This document shows positions 7,802 through 18,803 of a stretch of DNA of 64,000 nucleotides, one piece after another; within the stretch, counting starts at the first letter, position 1; the number at the start of each line of letters is the position of its first letter. Both the position numbers and the translations under genes were made by a program. The DNA is taken from IMG/VR virus record IMGVR_UViG_3300020345_000381, positions 6,474 through 70,473 of that record; one strand, 5' to 3'. This DNA is from a virus (lineage: Duplodnaviria; Caudoviricetes). The notes under the pieces were generated by a model. The model had not been told where the DNA came from, searched no databases, and saw only the letters and a list, made by a program, of their open reading frames with translations.

Positions 7802-8224
7802 TTATTTACCTTTACATTTACAATTATTTTCTCCACAAGTGCACTGTTTATTTTTACTATAAAGAGTATCAAATGCGTTTGCACCTAATAGAGTTAGTTG
7901 ATCAATCATGTTAGTTTGTATTTTAATTAACATTTTTTCAAGCTCATCTTTTTGAGTTACTAAATGATCTACTTTAGAAGTTAAACCTTCGTTTTGTTTT
8001 TTAAGTTCATTTACTTCATCTGGATTTCTTCCGATTACAGTCATTATTACCACTGACAAAGACCCTACAATCATACCTATTATAGATACAACAACATCTT
8101 TATTCATGTTTGGTATTTCGTTATATGATAAGAAAACTAGTATACCTATTACTAATAAAAATATACCAATTGCCCCTACATAATGCCTTAATTCTTTTGC
8201 TACGCCGTTTGTTATTTTCATCAT
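7802..8224 (-). CDS. 2-TM membrane protein with coiled coil (holin or spanin-like candidate)
   Basis: Two hydrophobic helices, heptad region and Cys-rich tail; adjacent to the endolysin. Confidence 0.55.
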   Translation of the reverse strand: MMKITNGVAKELRHYVGAIGIFLLVIGILVFLSYNEIPNMNKDVVVSIIGMIVGSLSVVIMTVIGRNPDEVNELKKQNEGLTSKVDHLVTQKDELEKMLIKIQTNMIDQLTLLGANAFDTLYSKNKQCTCGENNCKCKGK

Positions 8225-11200
8225 TTGTTGTACTTTATTATTTTTCTTTTTGGTTTTCTTTTAGATTTTTTATTTGATTTAGATTTCTTAATTCCTAGTT
8301 CCCAATCAGACCATCCTGCAAGCATTGCTATTCTTTGCCACGCTTCATAGTCTGAACTGCTAGCTTTTCTTATATTATCAATTTTTTTAAATGCTCTATC
8401 AAGTGGAATATTTGTAGTTGCAGCAATAACTTGGCCTGCTGCTAAATATGCAGGATTATCTAATGAAAATCCTTTTTCCATCATTTCTTTTTTATTCCAA
8501 TCATAAGTTCTACCAGCAGCTCTTAGTTTACTTAGTTTAGAAGATACAGGAGGAGAAAGTTGAGCTATTTCTTTAACTAATACATCTTGAAATTTAGGTG
8601 ATTTCTTTTGAGCTTCTTTACTTAATTTAATAGCTGTGTTTTTTAACACGGAAAATATAGCACCTCCTACACCAGCGCCTCTTAATATACTATCAGCCAT
8701 AGAATTGACTATATTATAATATTTTTCCTGTCTTTTTTCTGTTTCTTCTTCTTCATCTCCAAAGCCCATAGCAAATAAAGCTTGTTGCATAGCGTTGAAA
8801 AATAGATTTTGTACAAATCCATAATAAAATATCTTAGATATATTGGTTATTGTGTCTCCTCGGCCATTTCTAAGATCACTAGCAGCTTTTTTAATCAACC
8901 TAGTGTATTGCATTGGAGTGTTAGCAAAAGCTAATATAACGCGCCCTAATGGTCCAGCTTGTTGTTGACTAATTCTGTCCGGTCTACTGGACTGTTGAGC
9001 TTCTTCTGCAATTTCTCTAAAATCTATAAAAGCTTGATTCTCCGCTTCTGCTTTAGACATACCTTCTTTAGTATACTTTTTAACTCTATTTCTATAAAAT
9101 GTAGAACCACCAGATGCAATAGCAAAACTATCTGCTAACTGAGTAGGTAAAAATCCTATTCTAAGTATTTCACTTATAACTCCTCTTACACCACCTTTTT
9201 TAGCCATGTCAGCTATATCAGTTTCATTTACATTTAATCTCAATCCGTTTCTTCTATCTACTAAAAAGTCACTATTAAAAAGTGTAAGAAAATCTTTCCA
9301 AAATTGAGGTTGATTTGCAAACGCTTTACCCGCAGCAAATAAATTGTTGTCTTTAAAATTTATAAAGTTAACAGCAGATATAGTTTGAAGAACCGCTGAT
9401 CTTGTATTAAAAAACATTATTGCACCAATAGAATTAGTTAACCAATCTGTTACTCTACCTGTTAAAGAATCAGAGGTAAATTCCCTGTTTCTACCCGTAC
9501 GCATTCTTTTTAATATATTTTCCAGTGCATCTCTATATCCTTTACCATAAGCAGCTTCAAGTTTATTTAAATTAGCTTTAGTAAATATTTCATCTACATT
9601 ATACTGCCATTGTTCTAAATATTTAGCTCTTTTAATAGTGTTGATACCATCAATTAAATCAGTGGTGATATTTCCAGCTAACCAACCAAATTTAGGAGCC
9701 GGATATTGATCTCCTTTCTGCATTGCAATTAATTGATTTGCAAAAGTAACTAATTCGGGTTTACTATCTACAAAATCAGTTAGATCTTTTAAATCTTTTT
9801 TAGACATACCTTCTGGCGACATTCCCTGTCTATTCCAAATATAAGTTCTTATTGCTTGTTCTTGAGTAAAAGGTTCTCCGGGTAATTTTTTCTTAAGATT
9901 TTTAGGAACAATTTTTAATTCTTTTTTAAGAGCTTTAAAATCATTCATAAGCGCTATTCTATCTCTTGATATGTTATCCATTGCTGTAGCAAAAGGATCC
10001 AATAGGTTTTTCTTATACCAAGCCATTTGAGCATCTCCAAGCTTTCCTTTACCTAAGGTTTTATATAATAATCCTACAAAATCTTCAGCAGATGGTGGAA
10101 CAAAGAAATTGAATTTTCCTTTATTTGCACCAACTACTTGAGCTTTAACATCTGAATAAACTTTATCAGCACCAATACCAGTTTTGTTTTCTAATATTTT
10201 ATTAAAGTCTTCACTTAAATTTTGTGATTCACTAAATGCCAGACGCTTTTCGTTGTCAATATTATCAACTTCTGCCATTTTATCTAACACCACATCATTA
10301 ATTAACTCTCCTTTAACTTGATCTTTTTTAGGTAAAATTTTATTATTAATAGGAGCAGCTTTTAAAATAGAATTATTTAAAGCTAAAAATTCTGTTCCAT
10401 ATATTTTTCCTTTATCTCTTCCACCTATAGATTCTAAAGCATACATATCTTTAAACCCTTTGTTTAATGCATTATAATATCTAGGCAAAACACCCATGTA
10501 GATTTTCCACCATGAAGGAAATGACTCTTGATGTAATACGTTTATTCTTGCATCCATTTCCACTGGAATCATAGCAACAACTTGATTTCTTTTCAATACT
10601 TTTAAATCAACACCATCCCCATAAAAATGTTTAATCATATCTTTAGACAAAACCAAAGAAGGATACATGTGTTCAAATCTAATTTCTCCTTTTGCTTTAC
10701 CTTTATAAAAATATTTTGGATAAGCCACCCGCTTTCCTAAAGCATTCATATTAGATTTAAGAGCCATTAAAGCCATACCAAATTGATATTTATCTCCATT
10801 TTTGTTTACATAATCAAGATAATCTACCATAGCATCAAAAGCTTCACCTGCTTCTTTTTTTCTATCTTTATATTCTTTAGTAAGTATATTTTTAGGTAAG
10901 TTGTTTTTTTGAGAAAAATTTTTAATTTTTTCTTTAAACTCTTTATCGGTTAATTTTGTTTTTCCATTAAACTCTACATTTTTTATTCTAATATTTTTAG
11001 TACCACTAAATATTATTTTAATATTATTTGGAGCTAATGTTTCATTAAGAGTATTTATCCAATCTAAAGAACCAGCATAACCTTGATATCTTCCTTTACC
11101 AATTCTTCCTGCACTTGTATTAAAATCTTTAAGAAATTTTATAATATGAATAATACCTTCTAAATCTCCTAATTTTTTTATTTGATTTAGTTGATAATCA

Positions 11201-14200
11201 TTTTGTATTTTTCTAAATGTTTTTAATTGATCAATATTATCAAACCCTAAACCAGGATTTATTTCAAGTCCTAATTCATTTTTAATAGTAATATCCGCAA
11301 CCCATAATTCTAAAGCTTCTTCTGCTATATTTATAAATTCTCCTTTTTTTACTAAATCTTTCTTTAAATTTTTTATAAATTTTGGAGCTATTTTAGATAA
11401 ATTTTTAGCATAATTTTCTAATACTTCTATTGGAATATTAACTTCCGATAAGTTTTCTGTTAAAGCTAATAATGTTGCATTTTGAAAATTATAATCTAAA
11501 GTTTCAACAGCATTAAAAATAGTTGTAATTATATTTGCGCTTTTATTTTTAACAAAATCTAATTGTTTAGAAGTTAACTTTTGTTTACCTATGTTAGCTT
11601 CGCTAAACATTAAATCACTTTTACCTTCAGCTATAGGTAAAACTTGACTCGGTGTAAATCCTTGTTTAGTTAAAATATCTCTTACAGCTTTATTAGTTAG
11701 TGCCCTACCTGTTAATTCTAATATACCTTTTACAGCTTGCGAAGTGTTTGTTCTAACTTTAACATCAGGAGATTTAACATTACCTTCTATACCTAGTGCT
11801 TTTTTAAATTTATCTACTGTTAATCCAGGTTTTTTAGTCCATTGATAATTATTACCTATTCTCTTGCCTTTGTCATAAAATAAATTTAATACGGATCTAG
11901 GTATACCGGTTGGATCTCCACCAACTAAAGTTGTTTTACTAGGATCATTTAAATAAGGTACTCTAGCTAAATCTGTATTTGCTTTTGGTAATAAATTAAA
12001 TAAAGTCGAAGCATTTTTATTTATAAACATTAGAGCTTTAGTTAATTCTTCTTTACTAAGATTAGCAGTAGGATCAAATATTTTTTTAGCAGGTATTCCA
12101 ATAAGATCTGCTATAGCATCTTCATCTAAAGTTTTTAATGTTTTATAGTTTAATGCATTTATATCTTGATCTTTTAAAGCTTTTTCAGTTGTTTTTATAA
12201 ATTTATCTTTTAAAGCTGTATCAGTAAACAATCTTAATGGATCTATTGTTGGTGCTATATCTTTTTGTAAAGGTACAGTTTCAGTATCTGCAATAACTTG
12301 TTTAGCTCTAGGATCATCAACACTTGTTGTTTTTGATTTATCACCTATTTCTTTTTCATAGAATTCTTGTCTTTTCTTTAATATAGTATTAGTTAAATAT
12401 GTACTAAATTGAGATTTAGTAGGTTTAAATCCTCTAGTTATATTAGGAAAATATTTATCTACAAAACTAATAGCTTCAGCTTTAGTAATAGTACCTTTAG
12501 CAGGGTCAAACCCTAAAGCTTTTAAAGCTACATTTCTATATTGATTAACAAAAGACGTAAGGTTTTCAGTAGACATAGCATCTACATTTTCTTTATATTC
12601 TTTTGCTAATTCATTTAAAGTGTTTGGTGCAACAGAAGCAGCTATATCATATTGCTTTTCCATATCTACTTTTGACTCCTTAGGTACTAATTTAGATTTT
12701 TTAGCGGCTACAATATCAGTTTTACTCAATGTTCCATCTGCTATTTTTTTAGCTAATCCAACTACAAAATCTACAATATCTGTTTCTCCTTTAAAATCAA
12801 AAGAATCTTTAAATTCTCGTTGAACCATTGCTCCAAAAAACCCAGCTAATCCTTTACGCTTTTCATTTAATACAAAATCTTTTTTACCAGCTAATTCAAT
12901 AAATCTCATAATAGCTTCTTGACTATTATAACTATCACTTTCAGGATTAGCATCAGGATTGTTTTTAACCCAAGTTTGATAAAAATTAGGGTCTGAAATT
13001 TTTACAGTTTGTAATAATTGTTTAGCAATATTATCAAAAGCTTTTGATTCTCTACCAAATATTTTCCAAAACACTTGATGCCCTACCTCATGAGTAGCAA
13101 TATTTTTTCTTTGATTAGCAATTTGATTTTCAACTACTACAAAACTTCTATCTGTATTTGGATCTGCCCAACCATCACCACCTTCATTTACTATAGCCCA
13201 AGCTTTATCTCCTTGTCCCTCCTCATATTTACCACTATCTTTTTGTCTATCAATATAATCTAAGGCTTCTTGTTTTGTTGTAAATTGTCTTAACGAAACT
13301 CCTTCTGCACCTGCTTTATTGTTAGCTTTTATAATTTCTTCTTCTAAATAAGCTTCATAAGCATATCTTTCAACTTCTTTTTTATCTGGTCTATAATCTG
13401 GACCTCTATCTTTAACAGCAATTTTTCGACCTTTAGACATTAAAGAATTATAACGAGTTATATCTGTACTTTCTAATTGAACAAATTCAGGTCTATAAAG
13501 TTGTAAATTATTATCATTTAAATATTTTTGTTTAATATTTTCAACTATATCGTATTTTTTTTGTAAATTTCTTATTAATTGTTGTTTTTCTTCTACAGAA
13601 AGTGTTGTGCTATTTTGAATCTCTGTAGCACTTACTCTAAATTCTTCTTGGAGCTTTATCATTTCTACATACCCTTGTGCTCCTTTAGCTCTAATATTAT
13701 TTTTTACACTATTTTCTATTTCTTTAGAAGCTTCTTGTATTCTCCAAGCATTTTCTTTTATTTGTAATTCATATTCTTTTTTCATTAAAGGAGATCTAGC
13801 TCTAATTAACTTTCGTCCTAAATCTCTTTGTTCTTGTAATAAACCTTGCATTTTCTTATTTTTATTATAATCAGAAAAAGCAGAGTTATATACACTTTGA
13901 GCAAAAGGAATACCACCAAAAAGAATACCAAAACCAAAACCAGTAAAACCAGCATGATCAATACCCAACATAGGATCAACCCCGTCAATTAAATTTTGTG
14001 TAAATTGTGTTGCGCCTTCTGCTCCAGACTCAAGAAAGGGAGCATAAAGTAAAATATTATTATTTTTCCACCAAGCTTTCATTCCGTTGTCTACAACACT
14101 TTTTGCTGTTCCAGTAGCTAAACTATTTTTAGCAGCTCGTAAAATAGGAATAGTAGAAAGAGCAGCAAACCCACCTTCTGCAACTCCATAACCTAAGGAT

Positions 14201-15999
14201 TTAGCCCATATTTCCCAATCTTTCCAATCTTTTTGACCGGTTGCAATTTCAGTTTGCATGTCCATCATTTTCTTTCCGGCAGTACTAGCTCCAATAGTAT
14301 AAGCTGCGGCTCCTCCAGACAGTATAATAGTTGTAAGTATTGGAATTTGTTTTGTTATTTCTTGTGCAGCAAATTTACCAAAATTTTCTCCACTAGAAAA
14401 AGCATCATCAAAAGCAATATCTTCAACATATTCTTCCCTCATTTTATTACTCCATAAATTATATTGTACGCCTACACTAGTAACAACATCTTTTAAGTCT
14501 TTAATTTCATCGTCTTCTTTACTACTAAGAGCTAATCCTTTTAAGACATTTTTTGGTAATTTCTGGGAAACTAAATCAAGAGCTTTACCCGTTGTAGTAA
14601 AATTTAAAAGAGCTTGATATTGAAAACCCATTAAAGAAGCACCAATATCTACAAATCCTACCCCTAGTTCTATAATAGCTTTTTCGGCTAAATCATAATT
14701 TTTATTTGCAGCACTTAATATCATTTTATCTCCCGAAGCATCTTGTTGATATTGCACCATTTGGTTAATTAAAGAAGAATGTGTAGCTACTGATCCTTTT
14801 ATTTTATTAGTTAATAAATTATAAGCATTTAAAGTAGATTGATTTACAGTTCGTCCATTTGTTAATTGAACTTGTAAGTCATCTGTAGGATCTATTGGTA
14901 TTCCTAACTGTATAAGTTCTTTTTCTAATTCAATATAATCTTTTTCACTTAATTTATTATCTACACTTAAATAATTAACAAACTTAGGATAAGCACTTTC
15001 GAGTACTTTCATAGTAGGTATATTTAATTGTACTTTTTCTTGTACTTTTTTTAAATCACTTAACTCTCTTTCCTCAGAAAGTAGTGCACCTACATAAATA
15101 TCATCTTGTAAAGAAGGATCTTCTGCTATTATTCTTTGTGTCGCTTTATAGTTTGTATCTAAATTTGCTTGAAAAAGCAATCTTTCTCTTAACAACGATT
15201 CAGTTTCTTCGTTTAATTTATTTTCATTTGGTAAAGTTTTCCCTGATTTTTTGTAAGAATTAATTATCTCTTGTTTTGTAGCTTCTAATTCTTTTTTGTA
15301 TGGTTCTACAGTTTCTTGAAATGTATAACCTGTATTAGCTCGTCCATAAACCTCCTTAGTAACTTCATAAGGAACAAATAATTCAGGATTATAGTATTGT
15401 TTTTGATTTTCTTCTTTTTCTTTAATAACTTCTTTATTGTTATCTATTAAAGTTTCAAATGTAGATAACTCTTGTTCTTTTTCTTCTGCAAATTTATTTT
15501 TTTCTTCTTCTGAATAATTTCTTTCTTTAAGAAAATTTTTAATTATATCAGTATTCTTTTTAATTTTGTAAGGATTTTCTGTATCTAGTTCTATATAATC
15601 AGAAACAATAATTTCACCATCCGTATTTGTATAAGATAATCTTCCTTTATTACTTTCATTATAAGTATTAGGGGGATTCATAGGGCCTCCAACACCAGCG
15701 AAATGAACCAACTTAGCTTCATCTCTGTTAAACTCTATATCACTTCCTTCTAATAATTTATTAATTCTATCACTACCTTCTTTAGAGTCAATTTTATAAA
15801 AATCATCTCCAATAACATCAGTTATAGTATCAAGAGAAAATGGATCAGATTTAATATCTATTTCTTCCATAATCTCTATACCATCATCTAATTTTTTAAG
15901 ATTGAATTTTTTTACATATTCGTCAAAAGAAATACCCATTTGATCTGCAACAAATTGAATATCATCTTGGTTATATGCTTCCCCGTTTAATTCCCACAT
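8221..15999 (-). CDS. giant virion ejection/polyvalent protein (2592 aa)
   Basis: Size and position after the internal-virion genes; HEVGH zincin motif; LPD38-like C-terminal region (LAFANTPMQY). Confidence 0.7.
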   Translation of the reverse strand: MWELNGEAYNQDDIQFVADQMGISFDEYVKKFNLKKLDDGIEIMEEIDIKSDPFSLDTITDVIGDDFYKIDSKEGSDRINKLLEGSDIEFNRDEAKLVHFAGVGGPMNPPNTYNESNKGRLSYTNTDGEIIVSDYIELDTENPYKIKKNTDIIKNFLKERNYSEEEKNKFAEEKEQELSTFETLIDNNKEVIKEKEENQKQYYNPELFVPYEVTKEVYGRANTGYTFQETVEPYKKELEATKQEIINSYKKSGKTLPNENKLNEETESLLRERLLFQANLDTNYKATQRIIAEDPSLQDDIYVGALLSEERELSDLKKVQEKVQLNIPTMKVLESAYPKFVNYLSVDNKLSEKDYIELEKELIQLGIPIDPTDDLQVQLTNGRTVNQSTLNAYNLLTNKIKGSVATHSSLINQMVQYQQDASGDKMILSAANKNYDLAEKAIIELGVGFVDIGASLMGFQYQALLNFTTTGKALDLVSQKLPKNVLKGLALSSKEDDEIKDLKDVVTSVGVQYNLWSNKMREEYVEDIAFDDAFSSGENFGKFAAQEITKQIPILTTIILSGGAAAYTIGASTAGKKMMDMQTEIATGQKDWKDWEIWAKSLGYGVAEGGFAALSTIPILRAAKNSLATGTAKSVVDNGMKAWWKNNNILLYAPFLESGAEGATQFTQNLIDGVDPMLGIDHAGFTGFGFGILFGGIPFAQSVYNSAFSDYNKNKKMQGLLQEQRDLGRKLIRARSPLMKKEYELQIKENAWRIQEASKEIENSVKNNIRAKGAQGYVEMIKLQEEFRVSATEIQNSTTLSVEEKQQLIRNLQKKYDIVENIKQKYLNDNNLQLYRPEFVQLESTDITRYNSLMSKGRKIAVKDRGPDYRPDKKEVERYAYEAYLEEEIIKANNKAGAEGVSLRQFTTKQEALDYIDRQKDSGKYEEGQGDKAWAIVNEGGDGWADPNTDRSFVVVENQIANQRKNIATHEVGHQVFWKIFGRESKAFDNIAKQLLQTVKISDPNFYQTWVKNNPDANPESDSYNSQEAIMRFIELAGKKDFVLNEKRKGLAGFFGAMVQREFKDSFDFKGETDIVDFVVGLAKKIADGTLSKTDIVAAKKSKLVPKESKVDMEKQYDIAASVAPNTLNELAKEYKENVDAMSTENLTSFVNQYRNVALKALGFDPAKGTITKAEAISFVDKYFPNITRGFKPTKSQFSTYLTNTILKKRQEFYEKEIGDKSKTTSVDDPRAKQVIADTETVPLQKDIAPTIDPLRLFTDTALKDKFIKTTEKALKDQDINALNYKTLKTLDEDAIADLIGIPAKKIFDPTANLSKEELTKALMFINKNASTLFNLLPKANTDLARVPYLNDPSKTTLVGGDPTGIPRSVLNLFYDKGKRIGNNYQWTKKPGLTVDKFKKALGIEGNVKSPDVKVRTNTSQAVKGILELTGRALTNKAVRDILTKQGFTPSQVLPIAEGKSDLMFSEANIGKQKLTSKQLDFVKNKSANIITTIFNAVETLDYNFQNATLLALTENLSEVNIPIEVLENYAKNLSKIAPKFIKNLKKDLVKKGEFINIAEEALELWVADITIKNELGLEINPGLGFDNIDQLKTFRKIQNDYQLNQIKKLGDLEGIIHIIKFLKDFNTSAGRIGKGRYQGYAGSLDWINTLNETLAPNNIKIIFSGTKNIRIKNVEFNGKTKLTDKEFKEKIKNFSQKNNLPKNILTKEYKDRKKEAGEAFDAMVDYLDYVNKNGDKYQFGMALMALKSNMNALGKRVAYPKYFYKGKAKGEIRFEHMYPSLVLSKDMIKHFYGDGVDLKVLKRNQVVAMIPVEMDARINVLHQESFPSWWKIYMGVLPRYYNALNKGFKDMYALESIGGRDKGKIYGTEFLALNNSILKAAPINNKILPKKDQVKGELINDVVLDKMAEVDNIDNEKRLAFSESQNLSEDFNKILENKTGIGADKVYSDVKAQVVGANKGKFNFFVPPSAEDFVGLLYKTLGKGKLGDAQMAWYKKNLLDPFATAMDNISRDRIALMNDFKALKKELKIVPKNLKKKLPGEPFTQEQAIRTYIWNRQGMSPEGMSKKDLKDLTDFVDSKPELVTFANQLIAMQKGDQYPAPKFGWLAGNITTDLIDGINTIKRAKYLEQWQYNVDEIFTKANLNKLEAAYGKGYRDALENILKRMRTGRNREFTSDSLTGRVTDWLTNSIGAIMFFNTRSAVLQTISAVNFINFKDNNLFAAGKAFANQPQFWKDFLTLFNSDFLVDRRNGLRLNVNETDIADMAKKGGVRGVISEILRIGFLPTQLADSFAIASGGSTFYRNRVKKYTKEGMSKAEAENQAFIDFREIAEEAQQSSRPDRISQQQAGPLGRVILAFANTPMQYTRLIKKAASDLRNGRGDTITNISKIFYYGFVQNLFFNAMQQALFAMGFGDEEEETEKRQEKYYNIVNSMADSILRGAGVGGAIFSVLKNTAIKLSKEAQKKSPKFQDVLVKEIAQLSPPVSSKLSKLRAAGRTYDWNKKEMMEKGFSLDNPAYLAAGQVIAATTNIPLDRAFKKIDNIRKASSSDYEAWQRIAMLAGWSDWELGIKKSKSNKKSKRKPKRKIIKYNK

Positions 16000-16016
16000 A
16001 TTTTGGTAATGTTAGA

Positions 16017-17870
16017 TTAATTTCCGATTAATGGATTATTGGTAAATGTTGTTATTCCAGTAGGTAAATTATTTTTATTTCCTCTTGTAATATTTGTAGA
16101 ATCAGTTTTGCCTTTTATAAGCCCTTCAACAATTTGATCTATTAATATACTTCTCTCTTTTTGGCCTAAATCATATTGCTTATTTACATATTTTTTAACA
16201 ATAGGTTCTAATTGATTTCGTGTAGGTTTAATCTCATCATATCCTTTGATTGGTATTTCTTCTATAATTTCATCACCTATCTCAGAATCTTTGTACTTTT
16301 CTTTATTTTTTTCTGTAACAATTATTGGATCTGGTTCATATAAAAACGTTAATTTACCATCTTTAAATCTAAAATCACTAACTTTTTTTCCATCAATAGT
16401 CATACCTTTTACGAAGTCATTTCCTTGCACTTTACCACCTGTAAAAGCTTGAATGGTATTATTAATGTCTCTTATTTGTCGAGGAGTAAATTTACTAGTT
16501 GGTGGTTGATATTCTTTTGTTTTTATATTTGTTATACCTGCTTTTTCTTCATCTCTATAAGCTTCTTTATCATATTCGTAATTAAGTAGTTGTTTATTTC
16601 CTTGAGCATCCACCCACTCTACCTGTCCATTACCTTGATCTTCTCCATTTACAACTTCAAATCCTTTTATGTATTTACTTAAAGCATACGTTAACATTAC
16701 TTTTTCAAATTTATCTTTAGCTTCAGGAGTAAGTTCATAAGATCCTTCAGCTATAGTGCTTAAATCTTGTTTAGCTGCTTTAGAATCAATACCTATAGCG
16801 CTTAATTGTTCAGGTGTAAGCTTTGACATATATTCTAATATAGTAGCATTTATATCCGCATAATCATCCCAGTTGTTTACTGTTTCTACTTTAGCATTAA
16901 TAAAACTTTCAAACAGAGGCGTAACAGTATTTATCATTCGAGGAATATTAGCTTGTTTTATAAATCCACTAATTTCAGTACCATCTTCCATAGTAGTACT
17001 TACTTTTTTAAGTATAGGTAATCCAGTCTCTTCATCAGTTAAAATAAAAGCATCATTTATTTTAAAACCATCTTTAGACGAAATACCAGTATCATCATAT
17101 ATCCCTTTAAACCCTTTTTGAACACTTTTTTTACCATCAGGACCTGTAATAGTAATATTACTATCCATGTCTCTAATTTCAGCTAAAGAAGAACTCATAA
17201 CATCAGCTACATTAAAAGCGTTTTCTATACCTTCGCTTTCTAGATAAGCATACTGCATTGGAATACCATTTACAGTTTTTATAAAAAACTTAGGATTACC
17301 AACTGGTTTACCGTTTTTTACGCCTACTCCTGATAAAACAAGCTTTAAAAAATAATCTCTCCCTACTCTTTTTGCAAAATCACTTTCACTTTCTCCATCA
17401 TTAATTCCGGTATATATTCCACCTACTTCATTTTTAATCCCTGACAATAAAGGTCCTTCAATTTTTTTCCATTCATTCAATTCTTCTGCTGTTTTCATAG
17501 CAATAGTCACAGAATCTTGATAATATTGTATACCCTTACTTAATTCTGCAAGTTTTGTGGGATCTGTTTCTTTTGATTTTAATCCCATTAATCTAAACTT
17601 TTCATTAATCGCAAAATCTACTTGCTTAAAAAAACTTTCAGATTGAGCACCGCTTTTTACAGCATCAGCGTGAATTTGCTCACTATATATTTGATGAGCT
17701 CTATTAATAGATTGTTGCTCTTTTCTAGCTTCTGCAAGTTCTTTTACTCGTTGATCACTTTCGTTTTGTTGTTTTTTTAAATGATTTTCAGTAACCTTAT
17801 TAACTGTGTTAATTATAATATTACCAAGATCTCTATTTATAATTTCCGTGGGATTTCTATATGTGCTCAT
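16017..17870 (-). CDS. putative internal virion/ejection protein
   Basis: 617 aa, coiled-coil N-terminus, directly upstream of the giant protein. Confidence 0.5.
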   Translation of the reverse strand: MSTYRNPTEIINRDLGNIIINTVNKVTENHLKKQQNESDQRVKELAEARKEQQSINRAHQIYSEQIHADAVKSGAQSESFFKQVDFAINEKFRLMGLKSKETDPTKLAELSKGIQYYQDSVTIAMKTAEELNEWKKIEGPLLSGIKNEVGGIYTGINDGESESDFAKRVGRDYFLKLVLSGVGVKNGKPVGNPKFFIKTVNGIPMQYAYLESEGIENAFNVADVMSSSLAEIRDMDSNITITGPDGKKSVQKGFKGIYDDTGISSKDGFKINDAFILTDEETGLPILKKVSTTMEDGTEISGFIKQANIPRMINTVTPLFESFINAKVETVNNWDDYADINATILEYMSKLTPEQLSAIGIDSKAAKQDLSTIAEGSYELTPEAKDKFEKVMLTYALSKYIKGFEVVNGEDQGNGQVEWVDAQGNKQLLNYEYDKEAYRDEEKAGITNIKTKEYQPPTSKFTPRQIRDINNTIQAFTGGKVQGNDFVKGMTIDGKKVSDFRFKDGKLTFLYEPDPIIVTEKNKEKYKDSEIGDEIIEEIPIKGYDEIKPTRNQLEPIVKKYVNKQYDLGQKERSILIDQIVEGLIKGKTDSTNITRGNKNNLPTGITTFTNNPLIGN

Positions 17871-17879
17871 ATCTATATT

Positions 17880-18698
17880 TTACCAAGTTTTTCCTTTATC
17901 TGCTGCTAAACCTGAAGCTATACTTCCTACAGATTGAATTCCAGCTGCTGTAATTGCAGTTTGATCTCTTCTAGACTGAGCAGATTGTGCTTCTTGTCCT
18001 GTTAATTGAGCTGATAATCTATCAAGTTGTTCCATAGTTCTTGTTTCTTGCTCTCTATACATGAATTCAGCTCCTTTAGCTTCTGCCTGTTGCATTCTTT
18101 CTGCTCCAGCTATTTTTACACCTTGTATTCTTTGAGCTTCTTGCATTTTTAAATTTTCAAGACGAAGTTGTCCTTCTATTCTATTTTCTTCTGCAAGTTT
18201 TTGATTATTAACCTCTTGTTGCTCAATATTAGCAGCAACACCTTGTTTACTTTTTAAAGCCATTTGAGCCAAAGCTGTAGCTCCACCAGCAGAAGCTCCA
18301 CTAGCAGCTAATGTATCTAGGGTATTTGCTAAAGCAATATCTGCTTCTTCTATTTGCATTTCAGCTCCTTTAGTAGCAACGGCTAAATTCATTTTAGGAG
18401 CAGTAGCCATACCACTAACATCTTGAGCCATTGACGATAAGTCTGTATATCCTTCAAATGGATTTATTATTTCAGCTCTATCATTTTCTACTTTTTTAAT
18501 TTCAGCTTTTAATTCTTTAGCTCTTTTATCAGCTCTTTTTCTTTCTTTCTTAGCCTTACTAGCACCAAAAATAGTAGTTCCGATAGAAACAGCGCCGCTA
18601 ATAGCAGCTGCGGCTACTGCCGGGGGAAACCCGTATGTTAATCCGGATATTTCAGGACCGGTAAAAATTGTTTTTAATATTTCAAAGAAATGCTCCAT
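17880..18698 (-). CDS. putative internal virion (pilot/ejection) protein
   Basis: Ala/Gly/Gln-rich, AAAAAISGAVSIGTTIFG amphipathic helix, Q-rich coiled coil. Confidence 0.6.
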   Translation of the reverse strand: MEHFFEILKTIFTGPEISGLTYGFPPAVAAAAISGAVSIGTTIFGASKAKKERKRADKRAKELKAEIKKVENDRAEIINPFEGYTDLSSMAQDVSGMATAPKMNLAVATKGAEMQIEEADIALANTLDTLAASGASAGGATALAQMALKSKQGVAANIEQQEVNNQKLAEENRIEGQLRLENLKMQEAQRIQGVKIAGAERMQQAEAKGAEFMYREQETRTMEQLDRLSAQLTGQEAQSAQSRRDQTAITAAGIQSVGSIASGLAADKGKTW

Positions 18699-18725
18699 GT
18701 TATTTCAATTTATTTTTTTATAATT

Positions 18726-18803
18726 TTAGTCTACGTGCTTTGCACTTAATACGCATAATCCCCCTAGGATTATTAATACTAGTACATATAATAAAAATTC
18801 CAT
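18726..18803 (-). CDS. 25-aa single-TM peptide
   Basis: MEFLLYVLVLIILGGLCVLSAKHVD; TAATG overlap with the upstream gene. Confidence 0.5.
   Translation of the reverse strand: MEFLLYVLVLIILGGLCVLSAKHVD

Noticed and set aside
8221-15999. Giant protein as a crAss-type virion RNA polymerase
   Set aside because: No DxDxD catalytic motif seen on reading; only a structure search could exclude it fully
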